64,000 nt of DNA, taken from NCBI GenBank assembly GCA_947460255.1, contig CANHIS010000002.1, positions 19,625 through 83,624 of the forward strand. Reading direction: 5' to 3'. Below are positions 1 to 9,068 of this stretch, piece after piece. Position numbers and translations under genes: made by a program. This stretch comes from Bacteroidota bacterium. GTDB lineage: Bacteria; Bacteroidota; Bacteroidia; M30B66. Positions within the stretch are counted from its first letter, which is position 1. Every line of letters begins with the position of its first letter. The notes beneath the pieces were generated by a model. The model saw only the letters and a list, made by a program, of their open reading frames with translations. It made no database searches and had not been told where the DNA came from.

Positions 1-702
1 TCCGTTCGATACAACCACCCATTCGTATGAAAAAGAACGATTCTCTGAGTAAGTTGCTGGCTGTTCTTCTCCACCAATGGAAGTCAAAGAAGTGTCGAAA
101 GAAACATCATACTTCTTCATTCTCAAGACATTGCTATAGGTGCCTGATGATGTGATCAAAGTACCATAACCATCAACTTCTGCACTCATTGTTCCAGTGG
201 TTGATGTTGTAGTACTTGCAAATCCGAAATCGGCAGTAAAGCCGTTTCTGTAAGTATCGCTAAAGGTTGAATTGAAAGTGGTAGGGAAGCTGAACAGCTT
301 CATTGGATCTGAGAAAGGAATAACAAAATTGCCAAATGGAGAAGAAATAGCGCTTCCGAGCAATTCGAAAGCAGTGGCAGAATTTCTCAAGAATGCACTA
401 AACTCAACGCCTTCGAGCAATCCTGAGTATGCGATTGTTGCTGTTGGGAAACTTGCTGCATCAGGTAGGCCAGCTGGATCCACAAAGTTGAATGTGTTCA
501 CCAAACCAGTATCAGCCAGGGATGAAAAATCCCAAGTTACATTGGCTCCAGCAGGACCTTCAGAAGTGCTTCCAAGATCCACCTGACTGGTTGAGTAAGT
601 GAAGCCTACAAGTGGAGAAGAATTGGTGGTTAATGTTGGTTGTGCAAGCAATCCTAAAGAACTAGTAGCCAATAAGATTGCGGTTAAGAAGTTGTTTTTC
701 AT
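1..702 (-). CDS. secreted hypothetical protein, partial (3' end lies beyond the left window edge)
   Basis: The minus-strand frame is open from the ATG at 700-702 to position 1, checked triplet by triplet. It is absent from the ORF track because it has no stop in the window. The N-terminus MKNNFLTAILLATSSLGLLAQ looks like a Sec signal peptide and the mature part is S/T/G-rich. The listed + ORF 272..586 is its antisense shadow. Confidence 0.6.
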   Translation of the reverse strand, partial: MKNNFLTAILLATSSLGLLAQPTLTTNSSPLVGFTYSTSQVDLGSTSEGPAGANVTWDFSSLADTGLVNTFNFVDPAGLPDAASFPTATIAYSGLLEGVEFSAFLRNSATAFELLGSAISSPFGNFVIPFSDPMKLFSFPTTFNSTFSDTYRNGFTADFGFASTTTSTTGTMSAEVDGYGTLITSSGTYSNVLRMKKYDVSFDTSLTSIGGEEQPATYSENRSFSYEWVVVSNG

Positions 703-824
703 GAGAGATTGTGGTTAATTTTTTCGGCGAGCCACTTTGCAGAAATTGTTCCAAAGTATTGGCTCTATGCCAATTGAAGTGGGAGAAATTTTAAGAATCG
801 AAATGTTTTTTCGTGATAGAACGA

Positions 825-1778
825 TTACTCTTTAAACAATGAATCCACAAATTCAGACTTGTTGAAGAGTTGCAGGTCGGTCATTTTTTCGCCCAAACCA
901 ATATACTTTACTGGAATCTTGAATTGATCAGAAATACCAATCACTACACCACCTTTTGCAGTGCCATCCAACTTGGTAAGTGCCAAAGCATTCACATCAG
1001 TTGCCTGTGTAAATTGCCTACATTGTTCAATGGCATTTTGTCCCGTAGACGCATCAAGTACCAACAAGATTTCATGTGGCGCATCAGGAATTACCTTTTG
1101 CATCACACGTTTGATCTTCGAAAGTTCGTTCATCAAATTCACTTTGTTGTGCAAACGGCCTGCTGTGTCGATGATCACAACATCCGCACGGTCATTCTTC
1201 CCTTTCAACACGGCATCATAGGAAACCGCTGCTGGATCTGCATTCATGCCATGTTCAACCAAAGGCACACCCACACGTTCCGACCAAATCCGAATTTGAT
1301 CTACTGCAGCTGCGCGGAAGGTATCAGCAGCACCTAAAACCACCGATTTTCCAGCTGATTTGTATTGATGCGCCAATTTGGCAATGGTAGTGGTTTTGCC
1401 CACGCCATTCACACCTACTACCATGATCACATAAGGGCGGTCGTTGAAAGGTGTATTGAAATCTGTTTGGTCTGTGCTTCGGTTTTCTTCCATCAATACC
1501 GAAATCTCCTCGCGGAGAATCCGATTCAGTTCCGAAGTGGAAGTGTATTTGTCGCGTGCTACGCGCTCTTGAATGCGTGCTACAATTTTCAATGTGGTTT
1601 CAACGCCCACGTCGGCACCGATGAGGATCTCTTCAAGATTGTCGAGCACTTCATCGTCAACGCTTGATTTTCCAAGAAGCGCTTTGGTGAGTTTTGAAAA
1701 GAAATTCTCCTTGGTTTTAGCCAATCCCTGATCGAGGGTTTCTTTCTTTTCTCTAGAAAATAAGCCGAAGAAAGCCAT
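825..1778 (-). CDS. ftsY: signal recognition particle receptor FtsY
   Basis: 317 aa with SRP-GTPase motifs GVNGVGKTT, DTAGR and TKLD, plus an N-terminal helical region. It lies downstream of rpmG-DUF4295, as is usual in Bacteroidota. Confidence 0.95.
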   Translation of the reverse strand: MAFFGLFSREKKETLDQGLAKTKENFFSKLTKALLGKSSVDDEVLDNLEEILIGADVGVETTLKIVARIQERVARDKYTSTSELNRILREEISVLMEENRSTDQTDFNTPFNDRPYVIMVVGVNGVGKTTTIAKLAHQYKSAGKSVVLGAADTFRAAAVDQIRIWSERVGVPLVEHGMNADPAAVSYDAVLKGKNDRADVVIIDTAGRLHNKVNLMNELSKIKRVMQKVIPDAPHEILLVLDASTGQNAIEQCRQFTQATDVNALALTKLDGTAKGGVVIGISDQFKIPVKYIGLGEKMTDLQLFNKSEFVDSLFKE

Positions 1779-1860
1779 ACTGAGTTATCTTATCTTTTAG
1801 TAGCAAAAAAAGCTCCTTCCTTTTGGGAAGAAGCTTATATGAAAATACAGTTCAAATATA

Positions 1861-2016
1861 TTATTTCTCGCTCAGGAAATCCTTCACGTGATCGTTATGT
1901 ACTACTTCTTCTTTGAAGATGTAAGCACCAGTCTTTGGTGATTTCACCATTTTGATAACCTTAGTGAAGGATTTACCAGCACCGGTCTTCAGGGTCGCAA
2001 CTACTTTCTTAGCCAT
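1861..2016 (-). CDS. DUF4295 family small basic protein
   Basis: A 51-aa ORF below the ORF-track cut-off, translated by hand: MAKKVVATLKTGAGKSFTKVIKMVKSPKTGAYIFKEEVVHNDHVKDFLSEK. Its position directly after rpmG matches the Bacteroidota rpmG-DUF4295 arrangement. Confidence 0.75.
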   Translation of the reverse strand: MAKKVVATLKTGAGKSFTKVIKMVKSPKTGAYIFKEEVVHNDHVKDFLSEK

Positions 2017-2028
2017 GGTTAAGCAATA

Positions 2029-2211
2029 TTACTTGATTTCTTTGTGAACAGTTACACGCTTCAAAATACGGTTGTATTTCTTCAGTTCGAGACGCTCAGA
2101 AGTGTTCTTCTTGTTCTTGGTTGTGATGTATCGGGAAGTACCTGGAACGCCGCTGGTCTTGTGCTCAGTGCATTCCATAATCACTTGTACTCTATTACCT
2201 TTCTTAGCCAT
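2029..2211 (-). CDS. rpmG: 50S ribosomal protein L33
   Basis: 60 aa, [18 protein letters not shown]...[20 protein letters not shown], a typical L33 sequence. Confidence 0.95.
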   Translation of the reverse strand: MAKKGNRVQVIMECTEHKTSGVPGTSRYITTKNKKNTSERLELKKYNRILKRVTVHKEIK

Positions 2212-2284
2212 AACTTTGACTTTCTTTTTTTAAGGGCTGCAAATATAGTGATTTGTTAATCCCACACAACACATCCCGATAAAT

Positions 2285-3472
2285 TTATTCCTCTTCTTGA
2301 GAAAAATTTTGCTCCTTGTTGAATTGCTCCGCTAAGGCATCATAATCAATGAATTGCTGCATGTGCCCCGGCATATAATTCGGGTATCTAATCATGTGCA
2401 TCCCGCGAACTTGCTCCACCAACAGCTTCCGAAACTTCTCAATATTCTGTTTTTCAACTGCCGAAATGAATATCGCAGGATCATTGTGACGCGCCATCCA
2501 ACTGCGTTTCCAGTCTTCCAGCGACAAATTCTCACGGGTGATCGGACTCAAATCGCTCTCTTCTTTCTGCACATAGGTAAACGCATCAATCTTGTTGAAC
2601 ACCATGATGGTTGGCTTATCCAGCGATCCGATATCCTTCAAGGTTTCGTTCACTGCACGAATATGGTCTTCGAACGAAGGATGCGAAATATCCACCACAT
2701 GAATCAAAATATCCGCCTCGCGCACCTCATCAAGCGTCGATTTAAACGACTCAATCAGTTGCGTCGGAAGCTTGCGGATGAAACCTACCGTGTCGGAAAG
2801 CAAAAACGGAATCTGCTCCAAAACCACCTTGCGCACCGTTGTGTCGAGTGTTGCAAAAAGTTTATTCTCGGCAAAAACATCCGATTTACTCACCAAATTC
2901 ATGATGGTACTTTTGCCCACATTCGTGTAGCCAACCAGCGCTACGCGGATCAATTCCCCGCGGTTCTTCCGCTGTGTCGCCATCTGTTTGTCGATGTGAT
3001 GCAAACGATCCTTCAACAACGCAATTTTGTCTTTGATGATTCGGCGGTCGGTTTCGATCTGACTTTCCCCTGGACCGCGCATTCCGATTCCTCCTTTTTG
3101 ACGTTCCAAGTGGGTCCACATCCGCGTTAAGCGAGGAAGTATATATTGGTATTGAGCCAATTCTACTTGCGTTTTCGCATGTGAAGTCCTAGCTCGTCCT
3201 GCGAAAATATCTAAGATGAGGGTGTTCCGATCCATCACTTTGCAACCTGCAATTTTCTCCAAGTTGCGCTGTTGAGACGGCGAAAGTTCATCATCGAAAA
3301 TCAGCAAATCGATGTCTTCTGCCTTGATGAACTCCACAATATCATTGAGTTTCCCGGAACCCATAAAGGTTTTCGAATCGGGATGATCCAATTTTTGGGT
3401 GAAGCGTTTCACTGGAATAGCGCCGGCGGTTTCGGCCAGAAATTCCAGTTCATCAAGGTATTCGGTAAGCAT
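2285..3472 (-). CDS. hflX: GTPase HflX
   Basis: 395 aa from the first ATG. It has the HflX N-domain (LDIFAGRARTSHAKTQVELAQYQY, WTHLERQKGGIGMRGPGESQIETDRR) and G motifs GYTNVGKST, DTVGF and NKID. The true start is probably upstream of 3472 (see finding). Confidence 0.9.
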   Translation of the reverse strand: MLTEYLDELEFLAETAGAIPVKRFTQKLDHPDSKTFMGSGKLNDIVEFIKAEDIDLLIFDDELSPSQQRNLEKIAGCKVMDRNTLILDIFAGRARTSHAKTQVELAQYQYILPRLTRMWTHLERQKGGIGMRGPGESQIETDRRIIKDKIALLKDRLHHIDKQMATQRKNRGELIRVALVGYTNVGKSTIMNLVSKSDVFAENKLFATLDTTVRKVVLEQIPFLLSDTVGFIRKLPTQLIESFKSTLDEVREADILIHVVDISHPSFEDHIRAVNETLKDIGSLDKPTIMVFNKIDAFTYVQKEESDLSPITRENLSLEDWKRSWMARHNDPAIFISAVEKQNIEKFRKLLVEQVRGMHMIRYPNYMPGHMQQFIDYDALAEQFNKEQNFSQEEE

Positions 3473-3599
3473 TTGCTCTGATTGTTGCCGCGTTACGACA
3501 CCAGCCAGAACTGCACGTTCCTGTGCTTTTCTTTTGGGTTGATCCTGTTTCAGTGGGTGATTATTTAATGCTGCAAAGATAGCATCTAATTGTGCTACA

Positions 3600-4061
3600 T
3601 CAAGCTGTTTGAAGCACTTGGTTAAACTGTGGAAGTTTCAAGTTTTGTAGGTATTCTGCCTCCAACATATCTGCCCAAGCGTTGAGGTAATCCTTCACAT
3701 CTTGAGGATTGTTGTGGCGCAACTCCGCTCTGCCCATGAATCTGCGAACCTTAGAATCTTCAAGCCTTTCAAGGTTAATCAAATCTTGGATGGAAAATCC
3801 AGCTTCCTCCATATATAATATGATGTCGTCGATCGCCAATCCACTTCCTGGACAGTAATCGCGCAATTGGTCTCGCCAATCGCCGTGTCTTTTCATGGCT
3901 GCGCTGTGGATGTCGGCAGAATTCATGTTGCAGATTTCTTGGGCTAAATGCCCGCAATTGCAAGCACCCATGTGGCCCCATTGATAGCCAGTTCCTGCTG
4001 AAATTTTCTTTGCTGCTTCCCGCAACGCTTCGATCTGAAAAAGTGATTTATCAACCAGCAT
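3600..4061 (-). CDS. hypothetical protein with a Cys/His motif GHMGACNCGHLAQE
   Basis: 153-aa ORF with coding-like composition. It lies in the same orientation as hflX, and its stop lies inside the upstream extension of the hflX frame. I recognise no family. Confidence 0.6.
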   Translation of the reverse strand: MLVDKSLFQIEALREAAKKISAGTGYQWGHMGACNCGHLAQEICNMNSADIHSAAMKRHGDWRDQLRDYCPGSGLAIDDIILYMEEAGFSIQDLINLERLEDSKVRRFMGRAELRHNNPQDVKDYLNAWADMLEAEYLQNLKLPQFNQVLQTA

Positions 4062-4142
4062 AAAAATTTGTTGAAAGTTGTTGTTTATTGAATTAACAAT
4101 ATCCGTTAATTCTTGTTTAATTTGAAAACAATCTTTAGATAG

Positions 4143-4745
4143 ATGACGGACAATAAAATTATTCCAGCTTTTCCGCTCTCAGCCGTAATATTACCGGGTG
4201 AAGAGTTCTATCTACACATCTTTGAGCCACGTTACAAACAGCTAGTTAACGAAGCCCGCGACAAAGATTTCTCTTTCGGAATTCCTTATGTGAACGCAGG
4301 AAAGATGCAACATTTTGGGTCAGAAGTTAAAGTGAAAACGATTTTTTCAACCTATCCAGACGGTGAAATGGATATATCGGTTGTTGGAAAAAAGATCTTC
4401 CAGCTCAACGAAATTCTTCCGCCAAAAGACAAGTTGTATTCAATGGCCGACATCGAAATTGGGGAAGATTCTTCCATTAGCGAGAAGAAATTGTTGATGC
4501 TTCGTCCGTTGTTGCTAGAATATCTTCAATTGAAAAAGGGAGAGCCAGTGAAACTTCCTTCTGGAATTCCTTCTGATAGCTATGCAGCAGCACTTTTGCT
4601 TAACTTTCATCCTGACAAGAAATATGAGTTGATCTCACAAGGTTCCGAGAATCTTCGTATCACTTGGCTAGTCAATGAATTACGCATCTTGATGCAATCC
4701 CGTAAAATGGAAATTCAGCTGCAGAAAAATTTTCTCATGAATTAA
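4143..4745 (+). CDS. LON peptidase substrate-binding (N-terminal) domain protein
   Basis: 200 aa. The N-terminus FPLSAVILPGEEFYLHIFEPRYKQLV matches the Lon N-terminal domain signature. No ATPase or protease part is present. Confidence 0.8.
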   Translation: MTDNKIIPAFPLSAVILPGEEFYLHIFEPRYKQLVNEARDKDFSFGIPYVNAGKMQHFGSEVKVKTIFSTYPDGEMDISVVGKKIFQLNEILPPKDKLYSMADIEIGEDSSISEKKLLMLRPLLLEYLQLKKGEPVKLPSGIPSDSYAAALLLNFHPDKKYELISQGSENLRITWLVNELRILMQSRKMEIQLQKNFLMN

Positions 4746-4819
4746 TTGCGGTAACGCTTGATTGTTTGGATTCAATTTAGTTACTTTGCGCCCCTTAATA
4801 AGAAATACCTAATTGGGTC

Positions 4820-5053
4820 ATGTCAAGAATCTGTCAACTTACCGGAAAGAAAGCCCTCAGCGGAAATAACGTTTCTTTTTCACACCGTAAAACAAGACGC
4901 CGTTTCAATCCGAATCTGGTGACTAAGAAATTCTTTATCCCTGAAGAAGAAGCATGGATCACGATCCGTCTGTCAACTTCAGCTTTGAAGACCATCAATA
5001 AAATCGGAATTGCCGAAGCCCTTCGTCGCGTAGAGAAGAAAGGCTCATTGTAA
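4820..5053 (+). CDS. rpmB: 50S ribosomal protein L28
   Basis: 77 aa, MSRICQLTGKKALSGNNVSFSHRKTRRRFNPNL, a typical L28 sequence. Confidence 0.95.
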   Translation: MSRICQLTGKKALSGNNVSFSHRKTRRRFNPNLVTKKFFIPEEEAWITIRLSTSALKTINKIGIAEALRRVEKKGSL

Positions 5054-5075
5054 AATATACAGAATTTGTTCTCTG

Positions 5076-5108
5076 AACGCTGGCTCCAAAGGCCGGCGTT
5101 TTTTATTT
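5076..5108 (+). terminator. rho-independent terminator after rpmB
   Basis: Stem AACGCTGGC / GCCGGCGTT (9 bp with one G-U pair), a 7-nt loop, then TTTTATTT. Confidence 0.6.
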
Positions 5109-5133
5109 GTGAGAATTTAGCTTACTTGTGCGC

Positions 5134-6669
5134 ATGAAGCAAGGATTTTTTCTCTTCCTGCTCTTGGTTTCCCAAATGGGTAAATCTGGAGATTTGCGAA
5201 CATTGTTGTTCCAGTTCAAGCCTGATTTCAGCAATCAAACCATTCAGGCATCTGTCGTTCAAACATGGCAGTTCGCCAAGGCCGACACGTTTACCCTTTT
5301 TGTGGGCGAAGGCTTGAAAATCGACTCATTGAAGCACCCAGAAGGCTTCACTTGGAAGCGCAACGGAAAAAAAATTTCCTGTTCAGTGGATTCCGCAGGT
5401 CGATACACAATTCAACTTTATTATTCAGGCAAACCAATAGCTGCTAAAAACCCTCCGTGGGATGGCGGTTTGGTGTGGCGCAAAGACCCTTCGGGGAAAA
5501 ACTGGCTTGGAGTTTCCTGTCAAGGCCAAGGAGCATACACATGGTGGCCCGCACCTTTAGATCATCTGCAAGAAGCCGATACTGTTGAGTTTACTGCTGT
5601 TTACCCAAGCGACCTGTTCTTCAAAGGCAACGGCGAATTGGTGCACAATTGGGAATATGGAAACCTTCGCACCACCACTTGGCAAACTACGTATCCAATC
5701 AATCTTTACAACATCACCGTAAACATTGCCGATTACGAACACTTCAGCGAGAAGCTGTTACGTGCAGATGGATCAGAACTCGAGATATCCTACTATCCGC
5801 TGCGCGTGAACCTTGAAAAGGCGAAAAAGCAATTCCAGCAAACGATTCCAATGCTGAAGTGTTTCGAAAATGCGTTTGGAATGTATCCATGTTCAAATGA
5901 TGGATTCTCGGTGGTCGAAACTGCCTACGCAGGAATGGAGCACCAAGGCGCCATTGCCTACGGAAATGGTTATAAGGATGGTTATGGCGGTGCCGATTAT
6001 TCGGGCGTTGGCATCTTGTTCGACTTTATCTTGATCCACGAAAGCGGTCACGAATGGTGGGGGAATTCTGTAACTGCAATGAATCCAGAAGATTTTTGGA
6101 TGCAAGAAGCATTTTGCACCTATGCCGAAATGGTCTATGTGAATTGCCGATTTGGTGCACAAGCAGCACTAAAGTACATCAACGCCAAGAAAAGATTGGT
6201 AGACAATATCCATCCGATTTTAGGGAAAAAAGACAGTGGAATTGATATGTACACCAAAGGTGCGTTGATGGTGCACACCTTGAGCGCGTTTGCCAGTACG
6301 AATGAACAATGGGAAAAAGTTTTGAAGGACTTTGCAGTCTCGATGAAGTTTCAAAAAGTAAGCACCGAAATGCTTGTGAATTGGTTTAGTGCAAACCTTG
6401 AAGGGGTCTCGCCTGTATTTTTTTACCAGTACCTCACTTTGGCCAAACCTCCCATTTTGGAGTACTACGTTCGAAAAACAGAAAGCGGATTTGTGGTAAA
6501 ATACCGAATCAATAATGCACTTCAAGGTTTCGAAATGCCGATTTTTTGGAATTCATCAGAGCCTCCGAAACGCACCATCTGTAATGGTTCTTGGCAAGAG
6601 TTTACGGTTTCGGGATTGGAAGAGCCATCGCCCGACTCAACCCAAACATATTTTCTCGCAGCACCTTGA
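5134..6669 (+). CDS. M1 family metallopeptidase (aminopeptidase N-like), secreted
   Basis: Zinc motif HESGHEWWGN with a downstream WMQEAFCTY glutamate, and an N-terminal signal peptide MKQGFFLFLLLVS. The ORF track starts two codons earlier at GTG 5128. Confidence 0.85.
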   Translation: MKQGFFLFLLLVSQMGKSGDLRTLLFQFKPDFSNQTIQASVVQTWQFAKADTFTLFVGEGLKIDSLKHPEGFTWKRNGKKISCSVDSAGRYTIQLYYSGKPIAAKNPPWDGGLVWRKDPSGKNWLGVSCQGQGAYTWWPAPLDHLQEADTVEFTAVYPSDLFFKGNGELVHNWEYGNLRTTTWQTTYPINLYNITVNIADYEHFSEKLLRADGSELEISYYPLRVNLEKAKKQFQQTIPMLKCFENAFGMYPCSNDGFSVVETAYAGMEHQGAIAYGNGYKDGYGGADYSGVGILFDFILIHESGHEWWGNSVTAMNPEDFWMQEAFCTYAEMVYVNCRFGAQAALKYINAKKRLVDNIHPILGKKDSGIDMYTKGALMVHTLSAFASTNEQWEKVLKDFAVSMKFQKVSTEMLVNWFSANLEGVSPVFFYQYLTLAKPPILEYYVRKTESGFVVKYRINNALQGFEMPIFWNSSEPPKRTICNGSWQEFTVSGLEEPSPDSTQTYFLAAP

Positions 6670-6810
6670 TTTTATTCCCATAGGAATGCATCAAACTGGA
6701 CACTCTTTGCATCTTTAACAGCAGATTAACTGAATTACAGAGTTTTTTCATTCATTCCTTTTTAATTCATTGTTAATAACTAAATTTACGACCCTTCTAA
6801 AGAAGATTTT

Positions 6811-9006
6811 ATGCGAAATATACTATCAGCAATCTCATCAGCCATCTTGATATTTGGTTTGTCTAGCTCGATTTCAGCGCAGGTTACCTTCACAGTTCAA
6901 CCAGCTGCAGACCTTGTTCAAAATGTATTGGTTGGCGCAGGTGTTCAGGTTTCAAACATCACGACGCTTGGAGATCCTAATCAGGTAGGTCGTTTTATTG
7001 GCGGTAATTCGGTTGGATTAGGTCTTCCTAACGGTATCGTGATGACCACGGGAAATATTCCAACAATGATGGATGCCGCAGATCCTTTTAATTTTATTGG
7101 TTCACCTGCAAATCCAGGTTCTCTTTCAACATCAGGTTCCAACACGATCAATAGCGTGAATGATCCAGATTTAAATGAAATTCTTCAAAGTTTGGGCGTT
7201 TTGCAAGGTTTCCCCAACCTAACAAACAATGTTTCTGTAATCGAATTTGATTTTATCCCTTCTGGCGACTCCCTCAAATTCAGCTATGTTTTCGGTTCTG
7301 AAGAATACAACTCATACGTGTGCTCTGATTTTTTTGATGCATTCGGTTTCTTCCTTAGCGGGCCTGGTATTAACGGTACTTACACAAACAATGCAATCAA
7401 TCTTGCGCTCGTGCCAGGAACCAACCTACCTGTTGGGATTAATACCATAAACGACGGAATTTCCGACCAAGGTGCTTGTCCTCCAGGCGGTTTAAATAAC
7501 ACACAATTTTATGTAGACAATTCGGCGGCTCAAAATTTTGCAATCGTGGGCACAACAACACCTTTGCTTTGCGAAGCGCAAGTAATTTGTGGAGAAACCT
7601 ACCACATTAAACTTGTAATCGCCAATGGAAGCGACACGTCGTTAGATTCTTGGGTATTTCTAGAATCTGAATCCTTCAGCTCTTCTGTACCTGCTGTGAA
7701 TATCGCGAACTTACTCCCCGATTCGGCTGTAATTGAAGGATGTATCGAAGGCCAATTGGTTTTCAGAAGAAATTTAAGCACCGATACGCTTGTTATTCCG
7801 GTGTTTTACTCTGGCGAAGCTTCAAATGGCGACGATTATCTCGGTTTGCCTGATACTTTAACGTTCCTTCCAGGTGTTGACTCTCTTTATTACGTGCTTC
7901 AACCAGTGGATGATGGAATTGCAGAAGGAACCAATGGTTACGAAAGTCTGATCATCGCTTTTCAAGTAATTAACCAATGCGGCGACACGATTTTTGTTGA
8001 AAGAGAACTTAAAATTCGTGATCCGTATTTGATAAACTTGCAACCATTAAGCGATACTCTTGATTGTCCACAAGCCAATTATACTGTCGGTCTAATTCCT
8101 TCTAACGGTTATGCGCCATACAATTATCAGTGGGCCAACGATGGTCAAATCACCCCAACGATCAATGTCCCAATCACCGAATCACAAACCTTCCCAGTGT
8201 CAGTTACGGACGCATTAAATTGTCCTAATTCACCTTTCTTAGACACTGTGGTTGTAACGTTAAATTACGATACCATCAACAGTGTTTCGCAAAACACGAT
8301 CATTTGTTCTGGCGATACAATCAACATTGAAGCCTTCACTATAGGTGGTTTATTGCCGCACAATATTGCATGGTCGAACGGACAAAACACCGATACAATT
8401 TCCGTTACCGCTACAGACACTACAGTATTCACCTACACTGCAACCGATGCTTGTGGAATTTCTGTGACTGATTCATTTATAGTGAATGTTCCAGTTTTCG
8501 ACACCTTAATCGTTACCACGAACGACACAATTATCTGCAGTAAAGATTCAGAGGCTACGCTAATTCCTTATCCTGAAGGTGGTGCCGGAGGCTTCACTTA
8601 TGTTTGGTCAGGTCCAGCTCCGATTAACGCACTAAATGACTCGATTTCTGTAGCTGGTCCAACGGTAACTTCAACATATTTCATTCAAGTAACCGATCAG
8701 TGCGGTGTAACCGCTTTCGACTCAATGGAAGTCGCCGTACAAAACTGTGATCTAAAAGCCAGCAATGCCTTCTCTCCAAATGGAGATGGAAAGAATGACT
8801 TTTTCACCATACAAAATATTGAGTACTTCCCTGGAAGCATTGTATACCTTTATTCAAGATGGGGCAAAAAAGTATTCGAGCAAACTGATTACAAAAACAA
8901 CTGGTCGGGCGATGATGCACTCATTTCCGGAACTTATTTCTACGTTGTTGAACCTAACGATGGTACCGAACCTCTCAAAGGTTACGTAATGGTGTTTAAA
9001 GAATAA
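6811..9006 (+). CDS. choice-of-anchor L domain protein with T9SS type B (gliding motility-associated, CHU_C) C-terminal sorting domain
   Basis: Signal peptide, then an N-terminal block LVQNVLVGAGVQVSNITTLGDPNQVGRF..GLPNGIVMTTG. The C-terminus NAFSPNGDGKNDFFTIQNIEYFPG...GTYFYVVEPNDG..LKGYVMVFKE is the type B sorting domain signature. Confidence 0.85.
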   Translation: MRNILSAISSAILIFGLSSSISAQVTFTVQPAADLVQNVLVGAGVQVSNITTLGDPNQVGRFIGGNSVGLGLPNGIVMTTGNIPTMMDAADPFNFIGSPANPGSLSTSGSNTINSVNDPDLNEILQSLGVLQGFPNLTNNVSVIEFDFIPSGDSLKFSYVFGSEEYNSYVCSDFFDAFGFFLSGPGINGTYTNNAINLALVPGTNLPVGINTINDGISDQGACPPGGLNNTQFYVDNSAAQNFAIVGTTTPLLCEAQVICGETYHIKLVIANGSDTSLDSWVFLESESFSSSVPAVNIANLLPDSAVIEGCIEGQLVFRRNLSTDTLVIPVFYSGEASNGDDYLGLPDTLTFLPGVDSLYYVLQPVDDGIAEGTNGYESLIIAFQVINQCGDTIFVERELKIRDPYLINLQPLSDTLDCPQANYTVGLIPSNGYAPYNYQWANDGQITPTINVPITESQTFPVSVTDALNCPNSPFLDTVVVTLNYDTINSVSQNTIICSGDTINIEAFTIGGLLPHNIAWSNGQNTDTISVTATDTTVFTYTATDACGISVTDSFIVNVPVFDTLIVTTNDTIICSKDSEATLIPYPEGGAGGFTYVWSGPAPINALNDSISVAGPTVTSTYFIQVTDQCGVTAFDSMEVAVQNCDLKASNAFSPNGDGKNDFFTIQNIEYFPGSIVYLYSRWGKKVFEQTDYKNNWSGDDALISGTYFYVVEPNDGTEPLKGYVMVFKE

Positions 9007-9027
9007 GATCAACTTCAATAATTTTGT

Positions 9028-9058
9028 GGGCCTTCAACGTTGTTGGAGGCCCTTTTTA
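9028..9058 (+). terminator. rho-independent terminator
   Basis: GGGCCTTCAAC / GTTGGAGGCCC stem followed by TTTTTATTT. It lies inside the N-terminal extension of the next ORF in the track, which argues for the later start at 9069. Confidence 0.65.
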
Positions 9059-9068
9059 TTTCCCACCT

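Noticed and set aside
272-586. A 104-aa plus ORF
   Set aside because: It is the antisense shadow of the partial secreted-protein gene, which is open across 1..702 on the minus strand.
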